Shown here in pieces: positions 34,775 through 47,425 of a stretch of DNA of 64,000 nucleotides (its first letter is position 1; every line of letters starts with the position of its first letter). Both the position numbers and the translations under genes were made by a program. The DNA is from Hyaloraphidium curvatum SAG 235-1 (taxonomy: Eukaryota; Fungi; Monoblepharomycota), in contig JAIVFI010000009.1 of NCBI GenBank assembly GCA_025558095.1, positions 372,001-436,000 on the forward strand, in the 5' to 3' direction. The notes beneath the pieces were generated by a model. It was given only the letters and a program-made list of their open reading frames with translations. It ran no database searches and was not told the DNA's origin.

Positions 34775-36973
34775 TCACGAATTCCCAATCAACTGTGATA
34801 CAGCCTCGTCCAGAGCGTGCTTCAGCTCTTTGTAACTGACTATAAGGCATGCCGATTCGTCTCTGCTCATCAGCATTACTTTCTCGTCGACGCCGACGTC
34901 CAGCTAAGGGGGTGCTGAGCCATCTCCTGTGAGGTCCGGTCGTGCGGCCCACCTTGTTGAGACACGTCACGACGTGAGCCATATCCACAACAGGCTTCCC
35001 GTTCTCGTCCACTTGATGGAACACATAGTCCCGAAAGAGCTTTAGCAGGTAGCGATCACCCGTCTCGGACCACTTCGGGTCCATGCCGAACCTGTTGGCA
35101 GAAAAGAGCTCGGTTCGCCTGGCCACGGCGCTTGCGTTGGTTTCATCACTCACTCTGGCCGTTCGTTGATGAAGCCGAGCTTCATCATGAGCCGACATAA
35201 CCGCCCGTTTTCTAGTTCCTTGGTGAGCTCCGCCTCCAGGAAGTCGTTGTAACTGCAGAATCGTTTCAAGACATGTCGAGATTGAATCAAGGCCACCTTA
35301 CTAATGCGCTCCGTTGATCTCATTCAACAGGCGAGGACCCATGATCGCAATAACATCGTCGATGCTTTTAGTCGGGCTGGGTTTGCTAAGCAGGTACTGT
35401 ATCAAGCGCCGCAGGTCAGCCGATCCAGAGCGGAAGATGAAATCGATCGACTGTGGCAAGTTGTGCAGGGCGGCAAGCGTCCCGCAAGCCAGGGCAACGA
35501 TCAGCTGGCCGAAGTTGATCAGATCCTCTTGCTACATTGCGGAGGCGCGTGAATTAGCGCTTGATAGAGGCCCAGACGACTGCGATGCCGGACCTGGAAC
35601 TGCTGAACGTTCTTTCCGCCGTCGTACGAAAGCAGATCGAGCAACCCGCAGGAGCTAAATCGGACGCGATTCCGGCCCGTCAAGATGATCTTGGATGGTT
35701 CCACTGTCCGGCAAGCAAGGCCGGAGGAGTGTATCGCCTTCAAGGCAGAGGCAATCTGGCTGATGTAGGACCAGAGCACCCTCTCAGGCACGATGTCCGG
35801 TGGTCGCCCATTTGCGGGCGCGAAATGCCGGGAGGCCATGGTGACGGACAGTGGGTGGAAATCATAGATGAAAACAATGGCTGAATGGGATGGAGCTGGG
35901 TCAGAACGCCTCCGGCGCGTGCAATCGACCGGATGGCCCACAGTTGTCGCCGAAAGCCTTGGTCGTGAAGGCCTCCCGCAAAGAAACGACGTTGGCGTGC
36001 CGCAGCCTTCGCCAAGGTTCCACCGTCGTTATTGCCAGCTCGTTAGTGAGCTTGAACCCCTCGACGCGCTTCATCGTGTACTGGTTCCCGTCCTGGGAGC
36101 TCGTGACACGATAGGTGGCTGTCGGGAAGCCAAAAACGCCGGCCGATTTGGTGGATGGGTCATCCAAGGGACTCAGAGAGTGGTAGACGTTCACTTCCTC
36201 GGGAAGCGACACCGCTTGGGCTTGGGAGCCGGGATGGTCAGCCAGGGAAGGCTCCGCGGGACGGCAGGGCTCACCATAGGGATCGGGCGGGCGCAAGGTC
36301 GCCTCGACACGCTTTAAAAGCTCTTCACGAAGGTCATCGGCCATGAAGAAGGTTTGCATTGCCCGCTGCTGTGGGTTGGCGGCGGAAATGTAGGGGAGAG
36401 GTGGCGCGTAGAGATGATACAGCAAGGGCTGCGCGGGGGTCACGGCAATGTTCAAATGCTGCGGGTAGTAGTACGAGGAGTCCATGGCGGTCCCGTAGTA
36501 CTGGTCGGATTCCTCCCCAGCCCCGACCTGGCTCTTGGTGAGACGACAGACAGCGGAGACTCCGACAAGCTCACCTGGGAAGCCCCTCCCAGGTTGCCCA
36601 GCGCGTGCGGAGCGGCAGCATAGTCTTCGACGCCGCTCCCGGATATTGCAGCCTTGTACCAAGAGTCGGAGGCGTCACTCCCAGAGTTCACGCCCAGGGC
36701 GGCCACGGAGTCGTGCCCGGCGCCGCCCACAGCTTGCGCGTAAAGATTAACCACGGCAGACGAGGACGTCGTCGGAAAATAGCCCTCGGGCACCACGGCG
36801 TCGAAGTCGTCCTCCCCTGGTTCGGTCGCTCGATCGTCACCACGATTGGTCTCCCATTCGACCCGAAACGCGTACTGACCGCCATCCGCAGCGAATGGGG
36901 CCTGCTGAGCGCCCACAGTCCCGCCCGGAACGAATTCGGGCGCGTTTAGAAGGTGGTCCTCCATGCTCGCCAT
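34775..36973 (-). CDS. PAN3: PAN2-PAN3 deadenylase subunit Pan3 (pseudokinase), multi-exon
   Basis: PAM2-like [40 protein letters not shown] and [25 protein letters not shown]. Confidence 0.93.
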
Positions 36974-37198
36974 CCCGCGGACTCCAGAGCGGGTCGTAGG
37001 CACGTCGATACGCGTATGCCGACGGCCGATGCAGTTCGCAGCGACCCGGAGAGCTCAAGGACTCCCTAGGAAGCCATGACAAGAAGACACAAGTGCTCAC
37101 ACACAAGAGGGTTCGGGGAGCAGATGGGACGCTGACAGGGGCCGGACAAGTGATGGCACGCCCCCCCCCAGGGGCACGCCCACAGGACGCCTCTATCG

Positions 37199-38715
37199 CT
37201 ATTGGCTTCCGTCCTCCTCCATTTCCTCGTCATCCGAGGGAAATGTCTGCAAAAGCAGGGAATCGTCCGCATTGTCGTCAATCGGAATCGTCCGGCTGTT
37301 CGGCACGTGTCCGATCGCTTCATCCCGCGAGGCCGAACGGCGCTGCGGATGGGAACCGTTCGCCGGCTTGTCAAGCAGCGGATTGTGCGAGGCGGCCTGT
37401 TGGTGGTAGCGCGATGTGTTTAGCAGGAACACGCCGACAAAGATGGTGATGAACCCGCAGAACACGGAAATGACCTGAAAAGGCGGTGAGCTCCGCGCAC
37501 CATGCCGCCGCGACGCGGCTCCTTCTCACCTGCACGGTCGTTGCGTCGTTGAATCCTTGGAAAAGGATGACCGAAGCGACGATCGTTGCAGTAGTGAAGA
37601 GGACATAGTACACCGGGGTGACGCTGCGAAGATGCGCGCGTGAGCCACGGCACAGACAACCTCCAGCCACGAAAGAATCACATGTTGGTGGAGAATATGT
37701 CGAGGGCTTTGTTGAAGTAGTTCATCTGCGTGACGACGGCGACGCCGACGACGATCGCAAACACGTAGGTCGAGGGGTAAAGGAGTTGGTTGTTGCCGGC
37801 AAAGGTGAGCTTTAGGGCGATGCCGAAGCCCTTAGATGCCATGACGGTGATGGACCCCACGAGCGAGCAGATGGAGATGTACACCAGCATGTTTTTCTTG
37901 CCGTAGATCGGCGCAACCTTGTATATGAGCACGAGCGTGGACGTGACGACGAGAATGCAATAGACCAGGAAGGCTGTGGGGTCATTGAGCGACGGCGGAT
38001 GGGTACGAACCGAAGGTCTGCGGGCCCTCACCTGGTTGCACCGCGTACTGCAGGATCTCGTCCACCGAGTTCACCACCTTCTCCTCCGGAGCGTGCAGGA
38101 TGATGATGATGGAGCCGATGATACACAGCGCGCAGCCGATCACGCCCTCGCTGCCCATTTTCTCCCCGAGGAATATGGAGGCCAGGATAGCCCCGAAGAT
38201 GACGGACAATGCCCCTGCGTGGGCGCGGGCGCCTCAGTTTCCGCCATCACGGCAGGTCAGAACACGGAACTGTACCTAAAGGAGTCACAAGGATGGCAGG
38301 GGCAAAGGAATAGGCTGGAACAGGAGACAGGAGGGCCGCAGAATGAGGCGCAGGAAACGGAAGGGCAGGACCACCACGCACCCGCAAAATTGGCAATTTC
38401 GCCGACCACCATGGTTGCCATGCCCATCCACCACAGCGCGTTCGTGAGGTATCCGTGAGTGTCGGCAACGGAGGCGCCGGGGGCGTGGCCGCTGTTCTTT
38501 GACGCGTCTATGAGGCCCTTCTTGGTGATGATGAACGATGTGCCGATCATGATGGACGAGCTCATTGCCAGAATGAGCCCGATCCATTTGTCGTCCAGGT
38601 GCTGCGCACTGTAGTCCCCGGAGAGGGCCGCCAATGGCACCGGTACCGGCTCGTGCGGCGAGCCGGACAGAGCGGCGGACGGCGGTCCGCCGACCAGGGA
38701 CGCTGAGGTGTCCAT
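37199..38715 (-). CDS. NIPA-family magnesium transporter, multi-exon
   Basis: DKWIGLILAMSSSIMIGTSFIITKKGL, GEIANF.AYSFAPAILVTPLG and QMNYFNKALD. Confidence 0.93.
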
Positions 38716-39184
38716 CCTGCAGCCAGATGTGAGGAGTGGGAGAAGAGAGGGAAGACGGAGGGTGCCGGGGAGCGGTAGAAAGTGTTCGGAGGGGAGAAGT
38801 CCAGTGTCCAGGTCCGGCTAGTCCAAGACCAGAGCGAGACTCGGCCGGCCGGTCCGGGGGAACGCTTTCAAACACACGCAGTATAGCGAAGGGCACGCCC
38901 GCGGCGGCTTCCCGGCGACATGGGCGGCAGGGGCCTTGTTTCCAGCAGGGCCGAAACACCGGCGGGGGGGGAGCGGCGGCGGCACCGGGCAGCCCTGGCT
39001 TGCTCAGGGCATAAACAGCCGCGATGCCGTCACCGCCGGCCACCCGGCGGCATGCCGGCGCCGATCGGGTGAGTGCGGGTTGTGGGCCTGCCCGCGACTC
39101 GTCCGCCGACCGCCGCCGCCACGCACAGCGCACATACCGTCCTCCTCCCCCGCCAAATCGCGCGGCACGGTCGCCGTCGTCGAA

Positions 39185-40182
39185 ATGGCGTCCGCCCCTG
39201 TCGATGAGCGGGACGCGTTTGGGTCATTTTCTTCGTCGTTCCTCGTCATCCTCGTCTCCGAGAGTGGGAGCTCCTTGCCGCCCCCGCTGCGCGTCTGACG
39301 CCCCCGGCAGTCGGCGATAAGACGTTCCTAATCAATGCCATCATGGCAATGCGCCATCCCCGCGCCGTCGTCTTTGCCGGCGCCATGGGCGCCCTCGCTG
39401 TCATGTCGGTGCTCTCGTCCGCGCTTGGCTACACGCTGCCGGCCCTGCTCTCGCGGAACGTGACCCAGTGGCTGGCGGCCGGGCTATTCCTCGTGTTCGG
39501 GGCCAAGATGGTGAAGGAGGCCCAGGCCATGTCGGGGGACGAGGTGCAGCACGAGATGGAGGAGGTCACGCAGCAGATTCTGGACGAGGAGGAGGCTGAG
39601 AAAGCGGACAAGCTGGGTTCGTCCTTGGCGTGGCATCGATCGGGTCGTCCGCGAGCCTCACGTTTCCCGGATCGGCATGCCGCAACTGCCCTTCAGAATC
39701 CGGTGGAGGCGCACCACCTTCCGGTCGGACGCTGCGAGACCTCGGCCCCGCGATCCGGAATCTGCTCCAGTACATGCTGAGCCCGACGTTCGTGCAGACC
39801 TTCATCCTCACCTTTATCGCGGAATGGGGCGATCGGTCGGTGTCGTTGCGGCAGGCGGCAAAGAAAATGCTGACGCGACACGCACCCGATCGCAGGAGCC
39901 AGATATCGACCATCGTCCTTGCGGCCGCAAAGAACCCTTACTGGGTCACGGTGGGCGCGATCGCCGGCCACGCAATATGCACCGGAGGCGCCGTGCTCGG
40001 CGGCAAAATGATCGCGTCGCGGATATCGGTGAAGACAGGTGGGCCCGCCGTGGCATATCCGCGCATGCTTTGGCCGACCTGACCATTTCATTCCAGTCAC
40101 CTTCGTGGGAGCTGCTCTCTTCATCGCATTTGGACTCTTCACAGTGGCAGAGCGCCTGGAGCTCTTTGGATTGTCTAGCTGA
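39185..40182 (+). CDS. GDT1: GDT1/TMEM165 (UPF0016) Ca2+/Mn2+ transporter, multi-exon
   Basis: Two ExGD(K/R)(T/S) motifs: VSE|IGDKTF and AEWGDR|SQ. Start could lie further upstream. Confidence 0.9.
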
Positions 40183-40352
40183 CATGGGCATGATTGAGAT
40201 GTGGAGAGGACATGTATCATGGACCTGGCCGATAGAGAGAGGAGGACAAACGTGCAACGGCGGTTCGGCGGAGAGAAACGGGCAGACGTACCCCACCCAT
40301 CACTTGCCCTGGGAACGCCGGACGCGCTCCTATCGTCCGCCGCGCCGCAACG

Positions 40353-43300
40353 ATGGCGACGATTGGGGAACTGCTGCTCGCGACGCTCTCGCCGGGTGGG
40401 TGCCCCGGAGCGGTCTCCGGGCGGGCGGATCCGTGCCGCCGTCCCGCGCCGGACGACCGCTGACGCGCCCGCCGCAGATGCCGCGCTCCGCGATGGCGCA
40501 ACGAAGCAGCTCGAGGCCGCCGAGGCGGAGAACTTCGTGAGTCCGCAGCATCGCCCGCGTCGCGCGCACCGCGTCCGGCAGAGGCCAACGGCTCGCTCGC
40601 AGGCCGCATACGTGCTCGCCCTGTCGCAGGAGATCGCCAACGAGGCCGTGGACGTCAACATTCGCGTGTCGGCGGGGCTGGCGCTGAAGAACACGCTGTC
40701 TGCGCGGGACCAGGCGAAGAAGGACGCGCAGGCCCAGCGCTGGATCGCGCTCGACGGCAACACGAAGGCCCAGCTCAAGGCCGCCCTGCTCATGGCTCTG
40801 GCGTCGCCGCAGATCCGCGCTGGGTCCGTGTCGGCGCAGGTCATCGCGAGCGTTGCCGCGCTGGAGATCCCGCGGGGAGAGTGGGCGGAACTCATCTCGA
40901 TCCTGCTCAACAACGTCACCACGGACCAGCCGAATCTGAAGCTGGCATCGCTCCAGACCATCGGTTACATTTGCGAATCGATCGTGGGGTTTCACTCGGC
41001 TGCACCGGTGTATCGTCTCCAACCTCCCGTCGCTCCCTTGACCAGGAACCGGAGCTTCTGGCGCAGCAGTCGAACCAGATCCTCACCGCCGTCGTGCAGG
41101 GTGCCAGAAAAGAGGAGCCCAACGACCATGTGCGGCTTGCCGCGCTCCAAGCCTTGTACAACTCGCTGGAGTTCATCAAGGACAACTTCGACCGCGAGGT
41201 GGGAGCTGGAGCGTGCAAGCCCCTTCCCGAGCTGGTGCTGACTCTGTTTTGGTCAGGGCGAACGCAACTACATCATGCAGGTCGTGTGTGAGGCCACGCA
41301 GAGCTCGGATGTGAACGTGCAGATCAGCGCTTTCGAGAACCTGGTCCGGATCATGCAGCTCTACTATGACAAGATGCAGTTCTATATGGAGAAGGCGCTC
41401 TTTGGGGTCGGTGCGGCTTGCGAACGGCTCTGAGCGAAGCTGATGGTTGCCCCTTTCAGCTGACCATCTTGGGCATGAAGCACGAGAACGAGAAGGTCGC
41501 GCTCCAGGCCGTGGAGTTCTGGTCCACCGTGTGCGATGTGGAGCTCGATCTGTCGGCCGAGGAGGAGTTTGATGACAATCCCGAGACGGCGTCGCACAAC
41601 TTTGCCCTGCAGGCCGTGCCGGAACTGGTCCCGGTGCTCCTGTTCCTGCTGACAAAGAAGGAGGAGGACGAGGACGAGGACGAATGGAACCTGTCGATGG
41701 CGGCGGCGACGTGTCTTTCCTTGCTGGCAAACTGCGTCAGGGATCCCATCGTCGCTCCCGTGACGCCCTTCGTGTCGGCGCATATCCGGTCGCCCGACTG
41801 GCGGTACCGCGAAGCTGCCGTCATGGCGTTCGGTGGGTAACGGTCGACGATCGCACTTTGGTTTTGCTCATCTTGCTCTTCCAGGATCCATTCTCGAAGG
41901 GCCCGACCCCACGAACCTGCTGAAACCCCTTGTGGAGCAGGCTCTGCCCCTTCTTCTGGAGCTCATGCGGGATCCTGTTCTGTCTGTGAAGGACACCACC
42001 TCGTGGACTCTCGGCAGGATATGCGATGTGGTTCCCGAACCTCTCAAGTCGCCCGACACCCTGCACGTGGTCATTTCTGCGATCGTGAATGGGCTCGCGG
42101 AGTCACCGCGTGTGGCTTCGAACTGCTGCTGGGTTGGTGACTCTGGCAAACCATTGCGGCGCTCGCTTTGCTCACGGCCATTCCTGCCGCCGACAGTGCC
42201 TGATAAGTCTCTCGGAGCATCTTGCCGCGGACGACGACAACGCTGCGACGTACAAATTGTCTCCTTTCTTTGACGGGATCATCACTGCCCTCATGCAAAG
42301 CACGGAGCGGCCGGGTGCCGAGGTCAATTTCCGCGCCACGGCTCACGAAGCCATCTCCATGATGGTTAGCAACTGCGCAAGGGTGAGCTACGGCGGAGAA
42401 CTGTGTGCCGTTCACGGATTGAAATGTCTCGACAGGACTGCTATGCCACTGTCGACAAACTGCTCGATGCCGTCATGCAGCGCCTGGACGCGAGCGTGGC
42501 GCTGCAGTCGCAAATCGTGAACGCGGATGATAGGAACGCGTACTACGAGATGCAGGCGAACCTCTGCTCCGTGATGACGGTAGGGGGCAGAACCTCCCGC
42601 GCTGGCGAACCCGCGCATGACCACCGACCGCAGAGCTGCATCCGTCGCTTGAAGAGCAACGTCGCCATGAAGGCCGACATGATCATGGCGGTCCTTCTCA
42701 AGGTCATGGAGGCGGCAGCCAAAAGCTCCACGGTGCTGGAGGACGCTTTTCTGACGGTCGGCGCAGTCACGGCTGCCGTGGAGGCCGATTTCGTTCGCTA
42801 CATGGACCGTTTCACGCCAATTCTGTACCAAGCCCTGTCCAACCACGAGGAGCACCAGGTGACGTCCACCCTGTTTGCGGGGTCGAGTGTTGACTCACGG
42901 AGCGCCCTGTAGATGTGCGGAATAGCCGTCGGGATCGTCGGTGACATCTGCCGCGCCTTGAACGACAGCGTGCAGCCGTACTGCGATCCCTTCATGAACC
43001 TCCTTTTGCAGAACTTGCAGGTGCGTTCCGTGGCCGTTGCTAGAAGATGCCGGACCGATCGTTCTCCCGCGCGACCAGAGCCCCGTGCTCCACCGCAACG
43101 TCAAGCCCGCCATCCTCTCGTGCTTCGGCGACATTGCTCTCGCGATCGGGGGAAAGTTTGAACCCTACCTGGAGTTCGTCATGATTGTGCTGGCGCAAGC
43201 GACGCAGCTCCGGGGTCCCAAAAACAACTACGACATGATTGACTACGTGAACCAGCTGCGCGAGGGCATTTTCGAGGCCTACGTTGGCATCACGCAGGGC

Positions 43301-43760
43301 TTGAAGAGCGGAGGCAAAGGTTGGTCTGGTTGTGCCAGTGCCTTGACTTTTGCTTACTGTTGCTGTCATCCTCTGTCAGCATACCTTCTTACGCCGCACA
43401 TTCCGCACATTTTCCAGTTTTTGGAGGCCGTCTACGAGGAAGACGACAGACCAGACGCTCTGTCGCGGGCAATGATCGGGCTTCTGGGGTGGGCTGCGAC
43501 GGGAGCATCCTGCCGCACCCGTGTTCATCGATTTCCGCCGCAGGGACTTGGCGGAGTCGTTCACGCACGGCGAGCTGAAGCCTTACTTCCAGGCGCCGTG
43601 GATAGAGCAGCTGATAAAGCAAGGGAAGGGCGCAAGAGGAGCGAACGCGTCCATTCGGGAGGTGGGATCCCGCCGCGCACAGCCATCTGCTGGTGCTGAA
43701 GAGTCCTCGCAGGTTGCACGATGGAGTGCAAGTGTGATCGCCAAGCACATGAAGAGCTGA
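40353..43760 (+). CDS. KAP95: Importin beta-1 (karyopherin beta), multi-exon
   Basis: [62 protein letters not shown] and [13 protein letters not shown]. Confidence 0.96.
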
Positions 43761-43954
43761 AGGGCGACTGTTTGGGATACCATTCTGCCTCCTGGCACAC
43801 GCTACCCCCCCCTCCTTGCAGACTCCTCTCTCATCCCCTCATCCCCTGGCATAAAAGGGCATCCTGTACTGCACCACTCCCTCCCTTGTATACCCCGATT
43901 AAGCGCGAATGGCCAGCGTAATCTATCAAGACCCGCGTACATGGCCCGGTCCAA

Positions 43955-45793
43955 TCAGTAGCCGTAAGCCGAATTGGCCGCCTGCACGTCCATTGGTCGC
44001 TTGCTCTGCACCGCGTCCACCACTTCGTCTTCCTCCACGCCGTACGAGGGTGGCTTCTGCGCTGGCTTCCCGGCAGGGAGGCTGGGTCCGAAGTTGCGCT
44101 TCCGCGGCTTTTTGGGAGCATCGGACGGCGTCTCGAACTCGATGGGCGGGAGTTTCACCAGCGAACCACCGGATCCCTCCTCCTCCTCCACAGGGAATGC
44201 ATTGAGCCTGCCGTTGCGCTGCGCATGCTGCGGGGCTTCAACGACATCGTCGGCAGGTGGAGACGGGTCATCTCGTTCAGTCAAAGAAGAAGGTGGCGCA
44301 GCAGGCTTTTGCTCTCGCTCCGCTTCGAGGGTGCCGACGTTTTCTGGAACGTGCGAAGCAATACTCGAAGGATTGGCCGGCTCGGGGGCAGGCGCCTCTT
44401 TGGCAGGAGCAGGTGCACGGAAGGACGGCGCGTGTGCCACCGGGGGAGAAGGATCCAGCACGGCTGGCGTGTTGTTCTTGCTGGCACCAGGAAAGCCATC
44501 AATCGGTTTGGCCAGGTCCAGCAGCTTTTCTGTACGTGCAATGTCCTTCACAAGCGATGCCCGCTTGGCATCCAGCTTCAGCAGGTTTGCTTTGAGCTCC
44601 TGCACCTTGACCTGCGCAAAGTAGCTGTCCAGGTCGTCGTCCTTTTGCGAGGCCTCGGCTTCGGCCGCTGCCCGCCTGGCCTCGGCGATGTGTCCGTCCA
44701 GCAACGCCAGCTCCGCCACCAGCTCGGCCTTCTTGGCCGTCAGGGTCTCGAAGGTTTCCACCTTGGCCGCACCGGCCTTGGCGGCCTTTGCCTGTGCCAG
44801 TTTTTTCTTGGATGGTGCGGAGCGGTCGTAAAAGTTGTCGTCCGTGTCGTCGTCCACCTCGGCGCCCTTCCTCTTGCGGCCCGCGCCGGCCTCGTTCGAC
44901 CTCAGCAGTCCCTTCCGGTCCAGCTTCGCGCAGGCGTCGAGGCACGCCTCCCGCTCGGCATCCTTCTTGCGCGAGCTGGTTCCCACGCCGACGAGGGACC
45001 CGTGCTCGCCCAGAGGCAGGCGTACACGGGCCATGTAGACCTTTTCGTGCGACTTGCCATCCTCTTCGTGCTCAAACTCCATCTGCAGGCCCCGCTCCTC
45101 GGTCCACACCCGCAGGGCCTTGCGCGGGTCCCGGACGTAGTAGGCGTCCTCGTCGATCTCGGGCGCCTCGCCGTCGCCAACCTCGCCCGGCCCGGCGCCC
45201 TCCTCGGCGGCGTCCTCGTCGAAGCCCCACGTCACGGTATGCAGCTCCTCCGCCGTCGTTGCGGCCGCGGCGGGCCGGGCCATCGCGGCCTCGTGCGCCT
45301 CCTCGCCGCTGAGCACGACGGGCTTGCCTCCGTTGGGTTCGGCGGGCTTCCTGTCCCGCGTGCGGCCCAGGAGAACAAACACGCGGGTCGAGGCGCCGAA
45401 GCGCACCTGGTCGCCCTCGTGCAGCTCGACGTAGGTGCGTGGCGGGGCGCGGATCTTGTTGACGAAGGTGCCGTGGGCCGAGCCCAGGTCGAACAGCATG
45501 ACGGCATCCCCGGCACCAAACTGCACGACCGCGTGCAGCCGCGATACCGACGGGTGCTCGAGCTCGACGTCGCACGTCGGCACGCGGCCGACGACGAGGA
45601 ACGGCTTGCCGCGAGACGCCAGCGGGCACTCTCCCACGGCCACGCCCGACCGGATCACTTCAAAGGCGGCCGGGGGCCGCCCGTCCTCGCCGATTGCACC
45701 GTCCGGCACGGCGCTCCATGCTGGAGGCGAATACTCTAATGTTAAGCTCGGAACAGGCGACACAGGGGCGGGAACTGCGAATGCCTCCGACAT
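43955..45793 (-). CDS. Kanadaptin/SLC4A1AP-like protein (FHA + dsRBD-like + coiled coil), intronless
   Basis: YSPPAWS, FHA GRVPTCDVELEHPSVSRLHA..DLGSAHGTFVN, WGFDEDA, KKDAEREACLDACAKLD, DDNFYDR and DDLDSYF. Confidence 0.85.
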   Translation of the reverse strand: MSEAFAVPAPVSPVPSLTLEYSPPAWSAVPDGAIGEDGRPPAAFEVIRSGVAVGECPLASRGKPFLVVGRVPTCDVELEHPSVSRLHAVVQFGAGDAVMLFDLGSAHGTFVNKIRAPPRTYVELHEGDQVRFGASTRVFVLLGRTRDRKPAEPNGGKPVVLSGEEAHEAAMARPAAAATTAEELHTVTWGFDEDAAEEGAGPGEVGDGEAPEIDEDAYYVRDPRKALRVWTEERGLQMEFEHEEDGKSHEKVYMARVRLPLGEHGSLVGVGTSSRKKDAEREACLDACAKLDRKGLLRSNEAGAGRKRKGAEVDDDTDDNFYDRSAPSKKKLAQAKAAKAGAAKVETFETLTAKKAELVAELALLDGHIAEARRAAAEAEASQKDDDLDSYFAQVKVQELKANLLKLDAKRASLVKDIARTEKLLDLAKPIDGFPGASKNNTPAVLDPSPPVAHAPSFRAPAPAKEAPAPEPANPSSIASHVPENVGTLEAEREQKPAAPPSSLTERDDPSPPADDVVEAPQHAQRNGRLNAFPVEEEEGSGGSLVKLPPIEFETPSDAPKKPRKRNFGPSLPAGKPAQKPPSYGVEEDEVVDAVQSKRPMDVQAANSAYGY

Positions 45794-45947
45794 ACTATGA
45801 TCCGAGGTTGACCGCAGGCGTCGATCAACGCGCAGCACGCGTCACACGCCGGCGTCGCGGCAGGCGCCGCACCAACAACCTCTACGACCTTCAATTGGCT
45901 GGGTACTGCAGGGTCATTGGTCGGGTCAACACGCGTCCCTTTGAGCA

Positions 45948-47398
45948 ATGAACCTCTACGACGACCTGCCGCTGACCTCGGGCTGGGCGCGGCCGGCCCC
46001 GGACGCGTCTGCCGCCGGCAGCGATGCGGCGGAAGGCCCTCCGCGGGAACGGAAGCAGCTCGGGACAAGCAAGAAGCCCGCCGAGGATGCCGCGCCCGAG
46101 GGCGCCCCCGCGTGGACGTCGGCGCAGAACAAGTTCCTGAGCGAGGCGCTGCGGCGCAAAAAGACCGTCGAGCGGGCCGCGGGCACGGCCGTGGCCAGGC
46201 CGCCCCCCGTGCCGGCTGCGGCGCCCACCGTCATCGTGGAGCAGAAGAACGACTTTGCCCTGGCGGCTCCCGCGCTCATGTCGGCCGCCGCTGCCGCGCA
46301 GAGGGACATGGGGCTGCTCGCTGCCCCGGCAGCGCAGCAGAACAAGCGCGGCCCGCGCGGCAAGCGCGATCCGATGGCGGAAGAGTACGATCCGGCAAAG
46401 CCCAACTCGTACGAGGACATCAAGGCGGACAAACGCGCCAAGCGCGCGGATAGCAAGGCGAAGCTGCTTCAGGATGCCATGGCACAATTTGGCAGAAAGT
46501 CCCAGCCTGCCACCGCGGACCAGGAGCCGTGGGAAGCGCCCCCGGACCGCGGAGCGAGCTTCGACACGCCGTACCGGGACGAGGAAGCACCCTTCCGGGG
46601 CAAGCCGAGGGAGGAGGAGGAAGATGACGAAGACGGCGTGCCGCTCGAGCAGCAGAGGCCCATGGCGTCGATGGGCGGGCCGAGGCACAGGGACGCGAAA
46701 TCGGATGCCCCGGTGATTGCCCTGCCGGGAGAGGACCTGTCTGGGGAGGACGCATTCCTGCGCCGCGGTCAGATCAGTTTCCAGCAGCCTGCCCAGCCCC
46801 GGCCGCCGCCCATCATGCCCGGGCGTCCCCCCATGCGCCCTCCGCCCGTGCCGGGTGCCGGCTTCCCGAAACCTGCCGGGCGGAACCCGGCTCCGTCGTC
46901 GGTCATTTGCCTCCTGAACCTCGTCGACCCCGGCGACGTCGACGACTCGCTGGAAGGGGAGATTGCCGAAGAGTGCGCAAAGCTCGGCAGCGGGTATCGC
47001 AAAGGGCGCCTTGGTCTTGGAGCAACCTTCTCATCCGTCCGGTTCCCAGGAGTGAACAAGGTTTTGATCTTCGAGACTTCAGGAGCCCCCGCGGACGTTG
47101 CTGTTCGCGTGTTTGTTCATTTTTCTGACCGGGACGGGGCCGCCAAAGGTTCGAGGGATTGTCTCTGCTGTGCTCACCTCCGTTGCTCATCCCACTCCGA
47201 CAGCACACGGTGTAATGGACGGCCGGTTCTTTGGCGGGCGCACTGTCAAGTCGCGCTTCTTCGATGAAGCGCGTTTTTCCAAGCTTGGTGGGATACAGCC
47301 GTTCCCGCGCCTTCTATCACTCGGTGGTGCCGGCCTTTAACCGCACCGACCCGCTCCCTCCAGATCTCGCACCAAGACCCAACGAATGGCTTGGCTGA
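45948..47398 (+). CDS. SPF45: Splicing factor SPF45/RBM17 (SF45 motif + UHM), multi-exon
   Basis: MNLYDDL, EEYDPAKPNSYE, SGEDAFLRR and the UHM NLVDPGDVDDSLEGEIAEECAK...VRVFVHF...GRFFGGR. Confidence 0.85.
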
Positions 47399-47425
47399 CG
47401 CGTACTGGGCCGCGCGCAGAGTCAG

